A stretch of 64,000 nt of DNA from Candidatus Pacearchaeota archaeon (GTDB lineage: Archaea > Nanobdellota > Nanobdellia > Pacearchaeales > GW2011-AR1). The notes under the pieces are model-generated. The model saw only the letters and a program-made list of their open reading frames with translations. It ran no database searches and was not told where the DNA came from. The stretch spans positions 5,840-69,839 of the forward strand of contig JAGVXK010000018.1 of the NCBI GenBank assembly GCA_018303825.1, read 5' to 3'. Of this stretch, positions 46,931-56,890 are shown piece after piece. Each line of letters begins with the position of its first letter. Position 1 is the first letter of the stretch. The position numbers were made by a program, and so were the translations under genes.

Positions 46931-47035
46931 TTTATTCTCTTTTTTCCTTTTTTGTTTTGTTATCATTCTAAAGTATATAATAAGATTTATATAATTGTAA
47001 TATATAGTTTGCATTGTATATATCAGAGGATAATT

Positions 47036-47506
47036 ATGAGACTAATAGTTTTAATTCTTTTCTTGTCTTTGATTTTTATAGGCTCACTTGTTATTGTTAA
47101 TGCAAATGATATTCTTACAGTGGAAGCGAATATTTTTGGTTTAGAACCTCCAAGAATAAGCGTAAATGTGCCCGATTATATTTTTGTAGGAAATGCTTCG
47201 AAAGAAACTGAAACAGATAAAGTAAGAGTCGATATTAATAATACTGGCAATGTGGCGATTGTAATCAGTCCGGAATTAGTCAATGAAAGTGATGAGATAT
47301 TTAGTAATTTATATTTTGCAAGAAGGGCTGCTGATAGCTATAAGAGGATTGGAAGCTGGAGCATGAATGTATCTGCCCCAACTGCTGGAGGAGTTGAGTC
47401 TGATTATATGTACATGAAATTAGATCTTAGGAATTTTGATGGGAATATAACTGAAGACAGGATTGGGAAAAGGGCAGATGTAAGATTCATTGCAACAGCA
47501 CAATAA
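47036..47506 (+). CDS. Secreted beta-rich protein, TasA/camelysin-like
   Basis: Signal MRLIVLILFLSLIFIGSLVIVNA, then NDILTVEANIFG. Ends GKRADVRFIATAQ*, like the F-x-A-T-Q C-terminus of TasA-family proteins (from memory). The track start at 46874 lies inside tRNA-Val. Confidence 0.5.
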   Translation: MRLIVLILFLSLIFIGSLVIVNANDILTVEANIFGLEPPRISVNVPDYIFVGNASKETETDKVRVDINNTGNVAIVISPELVNESDEIFSNLYFARRAADSYKRIGSWSMNVSAPTAGGVESDYMYMKLDLRNFDGNITEDRIGKRADVRFIATAQ

Positions 47507-47549
47507 ATAATATAAATTAGTAAATTGTGACTATTCAAAGGTTGATTCA

Positions 47550-48158
47550 ATGGGGGAAATTAAAAATATTAAATTGATATTTATTTCTTTATCAATTTTA
47601 TTCTTCTTTTTATTGCTTTTTGAATATGTTGATGCATTTGAAATGAGCGTTTCTCCCCCTTCAATTGACTTTAGCTTGGGAATTGCTCAAAGAGAGTGTA
47701 TGACAATTGATATTTCTCTTAGTAAGCCAGGATTTGTATATGTTGGTGATTATTGGAGCGAAGAAGATATAAAGGATTTAGACTTTTATGTTTTTAATGC
47801 AAGGGAAATGAATCTTCTGCCTAATTACACTGAAAGGATGTTCATCAGCAGCAATAGAAGTGTTAATTTTTGTATTCTAGGAGCAGAAAATGGAATTTAT
47901 CGCGGTGTTTTAACTGTTGAGCCAGAAAATAGAAATCTCAAAGTTGGAATCTGGCTGAATGTTAAGATTAGCACAGAGAAGGATAACAATATTAGTGAGC
48001 AGAATTTTAAGAGTATAACTGGCAGTATAGTTAGTGGTGATAATAAATTGGATTTTGGCATCATTATGCTTTTCGGGATGATAATTGTGAATCTTCTTCT
48101 GCTTATTCTTTTGTTTTTATTGTTTAGGCTGAAGAAAAGAAGAATAGAAGAAGTGTAA
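47550..48158 (+). CDS. Surface protein with N-terminal signal and C-terminal TM anchor plus basic tail
   Basis: Signal or TM IKLIFISLSILFFFLLLF. FEMSVSPPSIDFSL...GIYRGVLTVEP beta-sandwich-like. C-terminal IIMLFGMIIVNLLLLILLFLLFRLKKRR. Confidence 0.5.
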   Translation: MGEIKNIKLIFISLSILFFFLLLFEYVDAFEMSVSPPSIDFSLGIAQRECMTIDISLSKPGFVYVGDYWSEEDIKDLDFYVFNAREMNLLPNYTERMFISSNRSVNFCILGAENGIYRGVLTVEPENRNLKVGIWLNVKISTEKDNNISEQNFKSITGSIVSGDNKLDFGIIMLFGMIIVNLLLLILLFLLFRLKKRRIEEV

Positions 48159-48266
48159 AAGGTATAAAATAGCAAGATATAGTTTAGTTAGTTACTAAGT
48201 AATTAATTTAATAAGAAAGGTTTTTATACTAATTTATCCAGTATTTTCAGGACAAAAGAGGCCCAA

Positions 48267-48401
48267 ATGAAGAAATATCTGCTTTTAATTGAAGATGAAA
48301 GCCTATGGGAAAGATTTAAAGAAATAATTGACCGAGATATAAATAGTGAAATAATGAATTTAATCAAAATCAAGATAAAAAATGGCAAGGAGAGGAAATG
48401 A
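48267..48401 (+). CDS. Small protein (44 aa), ATGA-coupled to the 611-aa ORF; possibly RHH-like
   Basis: Own translation: MKKYLLLIEDESLWERFKEIIDRDINSEIMNLIKIKIKNGKERK. Confidence 0.35.
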   Translation: MKKYLLLIEDESLWERFKEIIDRDINSEIMNLIKIKIKNGKERK

Positions 48402-50233
48402 TAAATAATAAAAGAGCACAGCTGGCAATATTTGTTATTATTGCAATAGTATTGGTCGCCGGGATAGGAGCTTACTTTTTGATAAAAGGCAAGATTGGAC
48501 CTGGTGCAGTCAGTTCTGAGTTTTCAAGTGTTTATGAATATTATTCTTCATGCATTCAGGAAAAGACCTCTCAAGCTGTTGATATAGCGGGAAGCCAGGG
48601 CGGGAAAATAGATGTTGGCAATTACATTCTTGGAAGCGAGTATGCTCCATTTTCTTCCCATTTGAACTTTTTGGGTTTTCCAGTCCCCTATTGGTTTTAT
48701 GTTTCTGGAAATGGGGTTGTAAAAGAGAATGTCCCTTCTAAGGGCGATATACAGAATGAAATTGCTGATTACATAGAGAATAATATTGGAAATTGTGATT
48801 ACGAATCTTTTTATGCAAAAGGTATAACTATTAAATTTGGAAATCCTGTTGTAAAGGCAACTATTAATGATAACAGCGTTTCTGTTAGTGTGAGTGCAAA
48901 AGTTGTAGTTAGCAAAGGTGGTCAGACTTCCAGCAAAAACTCGTATAGTGTTAATGTGAACAGCAAATTTGGAAAGTTTTATGATATCGCCCAAAATATT
49001 TATAATAAAGAAAAGATTGATGCATTTTTGGAAAATTACACAGTTGATGTTTTAAGATTATATGCTCCTGTTGATGGTGTTGAAACAAGCTGTAGCCCTA
49101 AGGTCTGGAAAACATTGGATGTTGAAAATGATTTGAAAGATGGTTTAGAGGCAAACATTGCCGCGATTAAGTTCAGGAGTACAGGGGACAAGTATTTTGT
49201 TGCCGGAAATGTTGATGAGAATGTTAATTTGATTTATTCAAGGAATTGGCCGACCAAACTGCAGATTATCGGAAATAATGTTGATAATGCTTTGATGATT
49301 GCACAGCCTCTTGGAAGCGAGCAGGGATTGAATTTGATGGGATTCTGCTATATTCCATATCATTTTGTTTATGATTTAAGTTTCCCAGTAATGGTGCAGA
49401 TTTATGATGATAACGAAATCTTCCAGTTTCCAGTGGTTGTTATAATAGATAAGAATGTTCCCAGAACAGCAGAACTTGTTAATTATTCACAAGAACAAGA
49501 TTTTGATCTGTGTGTATTTAAAACGCAGGATGCCACAATTGGAATTTACAATGTTGATTTGAATAGAGTTAATGCAAATCTTACCTACAAGTGTTTGAAT
49601 CAGGAATGCAATCTTGGAGAAACAACCAATGGGGAGTTTACAGGGAAGGTTCCTGCTTGTGTAAATGGACTGGTGGTTGCAAGAGCAAATGGATATGCTG
49701 AGAAGAAACAAATATTCTCAACTAATTCTGAATCTAGCACACAATTAATTTTAGACAGGGAATATAATGTAGAAGTCAGTGTAGATGTTGGTTTAAAGGA
49801 ATTCAATCAAAATGCCATTATTGCTTTTGAAAATAACGATACAGGGCAGATAGTAAGTGCTATTCTTCCAGGTGTTAAAAATGTCAAATTGACAGAAGGC
49901 AATTATCTTATCAAGGTTTATGCTTACGGGAATTCAAGCATAGTTATTCCAGAAAGCAAGAAGACAGAATGCAGAGATATTCCTAAACCAGGTATATTTG
50001 GATTCTTTGGAGGCACTGAGGAGAAATGCTTTGATGTGACCATTCCAAGTACAAGAGTAGATTCTGCTCTGATTGGTGGTGGAAAAGTATATACATATTT
50101 CTTGACAAGTGATTTGGAAAAAGGAAAAATAAAATTAAAAGCAGATGAATTGCCGAAACCAACAACCATTGAACAACTACAATACAATTTTGAAAGTTTC
50201 GATTCATTAAATTTGGGGGTTGAATTTGAATAA
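48398..50233 (+). CDS. Large extracellular protein (611 aa) with class-III-like signal
   Basis: MINNKRAQLAIFVIIAIVLVAGIGAYFLI resembles the N(K/R)(K/R)G(E/Q) pilin signals at 16-21.7 kb. No family recognised for the rest. Confidence 0.6.
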   Translation: MINNKRAQLAIFVIIAIVLVAGIGAYFLIKGKIGPGAVSSEFSSVYEYYSSCIQEKTSQAVDIAGSQGGKIDVGNYILGSEYAPFSSHLNFLGFPVPYWFYVSGNGVVKENVPSKGDIQNEIADYIENNIGNCDYESFYAKGITIKFGNPVVKATINDNSVSVSVSAKVVVSKGGQTSSKNSYSVNVNSKFGKFYDIAQNIYNKEKIDAFLENYTVDVLRLYAPVDGVETSCSPKVWKTLDVENDLKDGLEANIAAIKFRSTGDKYFVAGNVDENVNLIYSRNWPTKLQIIGNNVDNALMIAQPLGSEQGLNLMGFCYIPYHFVYDLSFPVMVQIYDDNEIFQFPVVVIIDKNVPRTAELVNYSQEQDFDLCVFKTQDATIGIYNVDLNRVNANLTYKCLNQECNLGETTNGEFTGKVPACVNGLVVARANGYAEKKQIFSTNSESSTQLILDREYNVEVSVDVGLKEFNQNAIIAFENNDTGQIVSAILPGVKNVKLTEGNYLIKVYAYGNSSIVIPESKKTECRDIPKPGIFGFFGGTEEKCFDVTIPSTRVDSALIGGGKVYTYFLTSDLEKGKIKLKADELPKPTTIEQLQYNFESFDSLNLGVEFE

Positions 50234-53200
50234 TGGCCTTTAGAAAAGCCCAGGGAAAGCTAAGGTTCATTAGTGAAAGGACGATGGTCAATAAATTGTT
50301 GATGTTGATGTTAATTGTTATAATTGGATTGGTACTTGGAGCTAATTATGTGGGTGCGGATTATACTTCTTCATTCGCAGGATATGGCAGCAGCTATTCA
50401 AGCGCAAGTTATCAATACCAACCAAGCTTTCAGACTTACTATGGAAATGATGTGAATACTTATTGGCCCATATTAAATGATAAAGATGTCTGCAAAGCAA
50501 GGCAGGATATGCTTTTACAAGTATCACCTGCAGGATGCCAGCCAATGGTTGTGAGAAGCGATTTATTGGCTGATCAGAATGTGCCGGTATTTTGCCAGAT
50601 TGATGCACTGCAGGTTAATCCTTTGATTGACATAAAAGAAATCAAAAACATAAATTTCAGAGGAAATTATCCCAAAGAAGTTGCAGGAGTTGGATTTCAT
50701 CCAGCAAGGGCTGCATTGAATACAAGAGACAGGCTTCTAGGAAGTCCATTAATAAATAACATTGGATATGTGGTAGTTATCCTTAAACAAACTAAGAACG
50801 AGAGCTCATTGCCTAAATTCGTTAATCTGACTTTGACTGGAAAGTTAGAATATAATGCAGGAAATGCATATGGAATAGGCACAAATGAATTTTATCTTGA
50901 GCCTACAGATGATAATCAATGGGAAAATGCGAAGATCGCGAATAGTTTTTGGAATGGAAGATATTTCATAAGATTATATGATGTCGATGAAACTTCTGCT
51001 TTAGTCTCGATATATGATGGGGACAGGGAAATTTCTAAGACGAGAATAAAACTTGGAGAGACTTCAGCTCCAATGTATCTTCCTGGAAGTTACTGTTCTT
51101 TTGGTCTGACGACAACTTATACAGGGCTTGCACAGTCTGATAAAAAAGCCAGAATAGAGATAAGCGATGAAAAAGGAACAAATAATCTTGATGTTTATCA
51201 GGGAAGCGAGTTTTTGAATGGAAGATGCAGAGTGAGCGAGATATTAGTAGATTCACAGACAGGAAGCACGGGAAGTGTAAAGATTGCATGCGATAGTGAT
51301 TTGATAAAATTGGAAATGAGGCCAAATCTATATGTTGAGAATCTGCCGTATGGAAGAACAAGTTTCAATGACATAGGAGCGAATAAGCAGGAATGCAAAG
51401 TTGATTTCAACGATGAAAAGAGTTATAGAATAACAAGAGATGTGGTTAAGGAAGCCAGCGGTGATTCTTATAGTTCCTGGACTACTTTGGAGATTTACAG
51501 TAATGATAAAAAAGATTGGACAAGTAGTTTCAGCTTGGATGATGCAACTAAAGACAAGATAAGGAATGCACTTGCGAATGCATGTGATTTCAGAGATGAT
51601 AAATTCTTGACTTCTGATGGAAAAACAGTCAATGATGTTGCAGAGAAAGCGTTCAATGATGCAATTGATTCATATGAAGAAGTTGCGAAGGATTATACTT
51701 CTGAGAGACAGGCTGCTACAGAGGGAGTTGCCAGATATGGAGAACTGGCATTAAGAGCTGCTCTTGATTTGGTTCAAGAGGCAACTTCAAAGAATTACGC
51801 AAAGAAGGAAACAAAATCAAGGTTATTGAATTTGTTCATTAGTTTATATCCTGAGAGTGCAAAGTTATATCAGAGCCAGAGGGATGCACTATATCAATTA
51901 GATTCTAGTATCTCAACTAAATCTGTGAATGTCGATAATAAGTTCAGGACAATAAGACTTGTAAGCTTAAATAATCCTGAAAGCGCAAATGAAAAGGCGA
52001 AGGCTAAGTTTACTTATGGCGGCAGAATTCTTGAATTAGTTAAAGGAGAAGCTAAGCCATTAAAGACAAATGCAATGATTAATGTCACAAGCTTCGATGC
52101 TTTGCATGCAACTATAAGAACCAACTGCGTTACAAAGGATAATGGATATGAAATAAAGACTGAAAGCGGGAAGCCAGTCTATCAGTCTTCTATAACTCTC
52201 AGCCTTGGAGAAAGCGAGAATGTGTGCGGAGAGCCTCTTGTCTTCAAAGATACTGATTTGAAGAAAGTTGCTAAGATAAGAATCAGCCCTACTGCGTATG
52301 GCCCTGAAACAGAGACAAATATATCTGTCAAGATTGGAATTGAAAAGAGAGCAATACAATTGAGTCCTGAAAAGACAAAAGATATGATTCTTAATATAAA
52401 TAAGAGCATACAAAAATGGGAAAGCATTTCAAAGAGTTTAGTAAAGGTAGAAACAGGGTTGAAGGCAGCTTGTTTTGCAACTTCTGCTGTGCTGACTGTC
52501 AAGACTTTCCTTTATGGGATAGATGGAACTGCCACCGCAAGACAGAAAGTGATGACTGGAGATTATGGGTGGAACAAGAGATGCAACGATGCGATAACTA
52601 AGAAGTGGCTTGATGTAAATGCAAATGGTGGAGAATTTGAACAGGGAATAGACAAGAATGTTAATTATGGAAGCATAATACAATGCATAAATGATAATAC
52701 TGCATCAATTGAAAAGGATGTTCAAACTACGAAGAATGCTCTGGTAGATACAAATAAAGTTGTGAAGGTTGCTCAGGATAGCGCCACCACTAAGGGAATA
52801 TTAAATCAAGATTTGGCTACCAAGGCAATGATAGATAAAATAGGAGCAGACTGCAAGCAATTTATAGAATTGCTTCCTGCAGTTGTTAGAGATTCAAAGA
52901 CTACAATTTATCCAGTTACATTATCTCAATCTAGAGATATTTATGCGAATTGCCTGATGCTGAAACAGAATCCGAATGATCAGAATGCTCTTCTTTCTAT
53001 GAAATCATTTTCAGAAAATGCGAAAAATACAATGACAGATTATGAGAAATTTGCAAGGTCTCAGGCATCAAATGATATTCTCCCTATAAATACTGGAACT
53101 GGAACAGCATTGAAAGGGAAGTTCTACCCAATTGTAGGAAATACCATTGGAGAAATACCAGTAAGCGGGGCGAGCATACCAGCAGGAGCAACTCATGCAG

Positions 53201-56200
53201 TAAGATTAGATAATCCCGCAACTATAGAATATGATAATGGCATCTGGGGCAAAGTATCTATTGGAGCACCATTTATAGTTGTTGGAACAGAATTGAATGG
53301 GAAGTTGCGACCTCTCGATGTATTCAAGTATGAACCTAAGTTTGAAAATGGAAAAGTGACTTCTGCAGTTATTTCTCAGATACCAAGTGAGAGTTATCAG
53401 GGTTCTAGTGGTGCTAGTTTGTTTATGTCAAAAAATGGCTATACAGGATTTGAAGAATTCGGGCAAGGACTTTATGGAAATACTATAAGAGAACAGGACA
53501 GAGCAGTATTATATTTTATATCTGGGCCCGATAAGGATTTGCCAAGCCAGGTTCCATTTGATGTTAACAATGGATGGTATGTAAAGGTTCAGGCGAGTTC
53601 ATTTAGTCTTGGGAGCAATGCAGTAAAGAGTTATGATGCTTCTGGATTGCCTAAAGACTGGCAGATATGCAATGTTGGAAGCGATGGAATGATAGGAAGT
53701 AATGATGATTGCCAGGCATTTAATCAGGCTTCTCTTGGAGCTACTATTCTTGGATTAGATGCAAAAACTTCGCAGGATTTGGTGCAGAAGTCCCAAAAAG
53801 CAATTTTGGATGCTGCTTCTCAAAAGAATACAAATACAAAACAAGTGAGCATATTTGGGCAGCCAATGAGAGTTGATTTCCAGAATCCAATGGAGAATGT
53901 ACAATGCTCTAACTTTATGACTGCCGGAGATTGTAAATTATTATTCAATGTCTGCGACCCAGTTATATGTCCTGCGAGCAGATGCAATCTTGGAGGGGCT
54001 TATAGGGTAGCGAATGTTCAACAGACAGGAATTGTGGGCTCTGCATTATTGTGTTTGCCAAATGCAAGAGAAGGAATTCTTCTTCCTGTTTGCGTTTCGG
54101 GAATTAGAAATGGAATCGATGCTTATGTTTCTTTATTGAAACAACATAGAGATTGTTTACAGCAGAATTTAGACACTGGAGAATTAGTTGGAGTTTGCGA
54201 TGAAATACAATCTATTTATACTTGCGAGTTCTTCTGGAGACAGGTGGCTCCTATTGCTAGTATGTTATTGCCTAAATTGGTTGAAAATGTTTATTCTGGA
54301 GGACAGGGAACAGGTGTTAATGGGGGAGGAGAATATTTATTCGTTCCTCAAGCATGGGATAATGCAAAGAATAGCATGGACTACTTTACTAATTATTATG
54401 CGGAGAATACATTTAAAGCATTCCAAATAAGAAGTGTTGAAGAAGCAGGAACAGAAGTTTGCAGAGGATTTGTTTCTTTGAAAGCTCCAACATCTATAAA
54501 GACTTTATTAGAACCGGATAGTCCTCCTCAGTTTTATGCAAGATTTGATTCAACCACTTTCTCGACGGTAACTGTGCCTGCCACTGCACAGTATAAAGTA
54601 TTTTACTTTATCAATGCAGGAAATGATGCAGGAGTTTATTATTCAGTTTATTTGAAGAGTCCTCCTGAATCAGGATATTATTATTCAAATCCAACAATTC
54701 AGATAGCAAATGGATATATTTCTAAAGGACAAAGTTCGAGTCAGACTTTGGATAAGACTGCTCCTGAAGGATATAAAGAGCTATGTGTAAGAATAAATAA
54801 TGAAGAAGAATGCGGGTTCAAACAGGTTTCAACAGACTTCAGCGTAAATTATCTTAGAGACCAGTACGCAAAAGACCAGCTTACTAACACAAATATTCAA
54901 ACTCAGGCAGAATGTGTATCTGGAACATCTAGTCTTGCAGCTGTTGGGGCTAATTTGAACTTGCAGTCTGCCGCTCAGGAGGCGGCAATGCCTGATATTT
55001 CTCAGAGAGGGATAGTAAGAATATGTGCAACATTGAATCCTGGAGGTAGCACAGACCCTACAAGATATATTCCTGTTGGAATTTGCGGCGATGCTAATTT
55101 GAAGTGCTGGCTCGACAAGACAAGTGTAAACAATGCAATAACTGATGCTAATCTCGGAGTGAAGAATGCAACCTTACAAGAGTTAGAGCAAACGAATATT
55201 GATGCTCTTATTGCACAAGGAGAAATTCTAAATAATGAAGTGGCTGTTTCAAGCATAAAAGAAATAAATAACAGAAAAGATATTTTAAGGGCGAATTTAG
55301 ATTCTAATAAGAATATTATCAGCGATGCACAAGCCTTGGAATTGTCAATTAATGATTTGTATGGCAAGCTGGTATTGAATAATCATAAGGCATGGCTGTT
55401 GCTTATAAGGGCTGAGGTAAAAGCAATGGAAGCTGAATATTATATGAAGAATATAGCTACAAAGACATTACCTTTAAGCAGAGTCAGCAGCACAACAACC
55501 GCTGGAATAACACAAACACATAGCATAAGTTTTGCCCAGGATATAGATGCTGCAACAGGAATGGATGTCACAAGAATATTTATAGATAGAAACCCTGACA
55601 GTTATTATTATATCTATAATGATCCTGAAAGAGGAAATATATTATACACTAATAAAATAAGTGGACCAAATACTCAAGAAGATAATCAGGTTGGAACAGT
55701 AGACAGAAGCAATATAATACAAGTTTATGCGAGTTATGCAGGAGATACAGATTTAAGCGTAATAAATGGGCAGAGATTAACATTTGATAATTCTGGAATT
55801 CCGCAAGCATTAACAGTGAAAACAACTGCTCCTGCGGCGTCAGCAGCTGCAACAACTGCAAATGAATTAGTATTTACTTTCCAAGATGGCACAATTTCTT
55901 GGAACTTAGAATATAGATTTCACAATGGTAAATGGCAGGCTACAAATGGGGGTGTACTTACAACAATACCTAATCCTTTACCACAAAGTTATAGAGATGC
56001 GTTTACTGCTACCACTGTTGCAAGTATGGAAAAACTTTCTAAAGCAAGTTCGCTTCAGGAAGGATTGAAGATATTAATAGATAGAACATTGGCAAATAAT
56101 GAAGGAGGATGGTTTGCAAATACTGATTTACTTGCTGGCAAATTCGATTTGGATAGTAAGGGAGAGTTTACAAGTTCTTCTATTAGTGGGATTAATTCCA

Positions 56201-56388
56201 TTTATCGATATGGTTCGAATGGGTGGGAATATTATGCTTCAGGCACAAATCGTGTCTGGATTCCGGTAAAGGATTTAGTTATTTCTAAGGATAAGATGAA
56301 TCTTGTTTTTGACAGTGATAAGACTCTTGTTAATCAATTATCAAATCAAGATTTCTATGGTGGTGCGTTGATATTGTTTAGTTCTTAA
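50233..56388 (+). CDS. Giant surface protein (2051 aa), function unknown
   Basis: Uninterrupted 6.1-kb ORF in AT-rich DNA. N-terminal TM or signal MVNKLLMLMLIVIIGLVLGANYVGA. Cys-rich, hydrophobic core near 53900-54300. TAATG overlap with the upstream gene. Confidence 0.75.
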   Translation: MAFRKAQGKLRFISERTMVNKLLMLMLIVIIGLVLGANYVGADYTSSFAGYGSSYSSASYQYQPSFQTYYGNDVNTYWPILNDKDVCKARQDMLLQVSPAGCQPMVVRSDLLADQNVPVFCQIDALQVNPLIDIKEIKNINFRGNYPKEVAGVGFHPARAALNTRDRLLGSPLINNIGYVVVILKQTKNESSLPKFVNLTLTGKLEYNAGNAYGIGTNEFYLEPTDDNQWENAKIANSFWNGRYFIRLYDVDETSALVSIYDGDREISKTRIKLGETSAPMYLPGSYCSFGLTTTYTGLAQSDKKARIEISDEKGTNNLDVYQGSEFLNGRCRVSEILVDSQTGSTGSVKIACDSDLIKLEMRPNLYVENLPYGRTSFNDIGANKQECKVDFNDEKSYRITRDVVKEASGDSYSSWTTLEIYSNDKKDWTSSFSLDDATKDKIRNALANACDFRDDKFLTSDGKTVNDVAEKAFNDAIDSYEEVAKDYTSERQAATEGVARYGELALRAALDLVQEATSKNYAKKETKSRLLNLFISLYPESAKLYQSQRDALYQLDSSISTKSVNVDNKFRTIRLVSLNNPESANEKAKAKFTYGGRILELVKGEAKPLKTNAMINVTSFDALHATIRTNCVTKDNGYEIKTESGKPVYQSSITLSLGESENVCGEPLVFKDTDLKKVAKIRISPTAYGPETETNISVKIGIEKRAIQLSPEKTKDMILNINKSIQKWESISKSLVKVETGLKAACFATSAVLTVKTFLYGIDGTATARQKVMTGDYGWNKRCNDAITKKWLDVNANGGEFEQGIDKNVNYGSIIQCINDNTASIEKDVQTTKNALVDTNKVVKVAQDSATTKGILNQDLATKAMIDKIGADCKQFIELLPAVVRDSKTTIYPVTLSQSRDIYANCLMLKQNPNDQNALLSMKSFSENAKNTMTDYEKFARSQASNDILPINTGTGTALKGKFYPIVGNTIGEIPVSGASIPAGATHAVRLDNPATIEYDNGIWGKVSIGAPFIVVGTELNGKLRPLDVFKYEPKFENGKVTSAVISQIPSESYQGSSGASLFMSKNGYTGFEEFGQGLYGNTIREQDRAVLYFISGPDKDLPSQVPFDVNNGWYVKVQASSFSLGSNAVKSYDASGLPKDWQICNVGSDGMIGSNDDCQAFNQASLGATILGLDAKTSQDLVQKSQKAILDAASQKNTNTKQVSIFGQPMRVDFQNPMENVQCSNFMTAGDCKLLFNVCDPVICPASRCNLGGAYRVANVQQTGIVGSALLCLPNAREGILLPVCVSGIRNGIDAYVSLLKQHRDCLQQNLDTGELVGVCDEIQSIYTCEFFWRQVAPIASMLLPKLVENVYSGGQGTGVNGGGEYLFVPQAWDNAKNSMDYFTNYYAENTFKAFQIRSVEEAGTEVCRGFVSLKAPTSIKTLLEPDSPPQFYARFDSTTFSTVTVPATAQYKVFYFINAGNDAGVYYSVYLKSPPESGYYYSNPTIQIANGYISKGQSSSQTLDKTAPEGYKELCVRINNEEECGFKQVSTDFSVNYLRDQYAKDQLTNTNIQTQAECVSGTSSLAAVGANLNLQSAAQEAAMPDISQRGIVRICATLNPGGSTDPTRYIPVGICGDANLKCWLDKTSVNNAITDANLGVKNATLQELEQTNIDALIAQGEILNNEVAVSSIKEINNRKDILRANLDSNKNIISDAQALELSINDLYGKLVLNNHKAWLLLIRAEVKAMEAEYYMKNIATKTLPLSRVSSTTTAGITQTHSISFAQDIDAATGMDVTRIFIDRNPDSYYYIYNDPERGNILYTNKISGPNTQEDNQVGTVDRSNIIQVYASYAGDTDLSVINGQRLTFDNSGIPQALTVKTTAPAASAAATTANELVFTFQDGTISWNLEYRFHNGKWQATNGGVLTTIPNPLPQSYRDAFTATTVASMEKLSKASSLQEGLKILIDRTLANNEGGWFANTDLLAGKFDLDSKGEFTSSSISGINSIYRYGSNGWEYYASGTNRVWIPVKDLVISKDKMNLVFDSDKTLVNQLSNQDFYGGALILFSS

Positions 56389-56480
56389 TGATATTGTTGA
56401 ATATATTAAAAGTGTGAGATGCGGGGACTAAACCCTGCATTGGTTGGCATTTTAATGGGTTTGATTTTCTCTTGTGATAA

Positions 56481-56495
56481 GTAAGGTTTAAATAG
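56481..56495 (+). promoter_or_regulatory. BRE/TATA-like box GTAAGGTTTAAATAG
   Basis: About 27 nt upstream of the ATG at 56516. Confidence 0.5.
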
Positions 56496-56521
56496 CATAT
56501 GTATTATTTTTACATATGCTA
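56493..56521. promoter_or_regulatory. Perfect 11-bp inverted repeat TAGCATATGTA-n7-TACATATGCTA, candidate ArsR operator
   Basis: Read directly. Lies between the TATA-like box and the ArsR gene; the right arm contains the start codon. Confidence 0.55.
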
Positions 56522-56890
56522 CAAAGATACATATTAGAGCATGCTCATAAACATGGATTGTCTGAGAATGAGATTTATTTCACATATAAAATCTTTTTTG
56601 GCACGCTTGTTTCAGAGTCGAGATTAAGGATAATCAATCTTTTGAGAAGTGGGGAAAAGAATGTCTCAGAGATAATAAAAGAATTGAATATGAATCAATC
56701 AAATGTATCGCATGATCTTTTCAGGCTAAAAAAATGTGGTTTTGTACTCGTTGAGGCTAAAAAGCAATATAGATATTATAAGCTTAATGAAAAGACAATT
56801 AGACCACTTATGGCTTTGATAGATAAACACATGGCCGAATATTGCATCCACATATTCAGAGCAGACAAGGAGACTAAAAATGGAGAATAA
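56516..56890 (+). CDS. ArsR/SmtB-family winged-helix regulator
   Basis: RLRIINLLRSGEKNVSEIIKELNMNQSNVSHDLFRLKKCGFV. Confidence 0.8.
   Translation: MLQRYILEHAHKHGLSENEIYFTYKIFFGTLVSESRLRIINLLRSGEKNVSEIIKELNMNQSNVSHDLFRLKKCGFVLVEAKKQYRYYKLNEKTIRPLMALIDKHMAEYCIHIFRADKETKNGE

Noticed and set aside
46874-47035. Upstream extension of the 47036 ORF (track start 46874)
   Set aside because: The extension starts inside tRNA-Val (46860-46930). The ATG at 47036 gives a proper signal peptide and has TATA-like sequence about 27 nt upstream.
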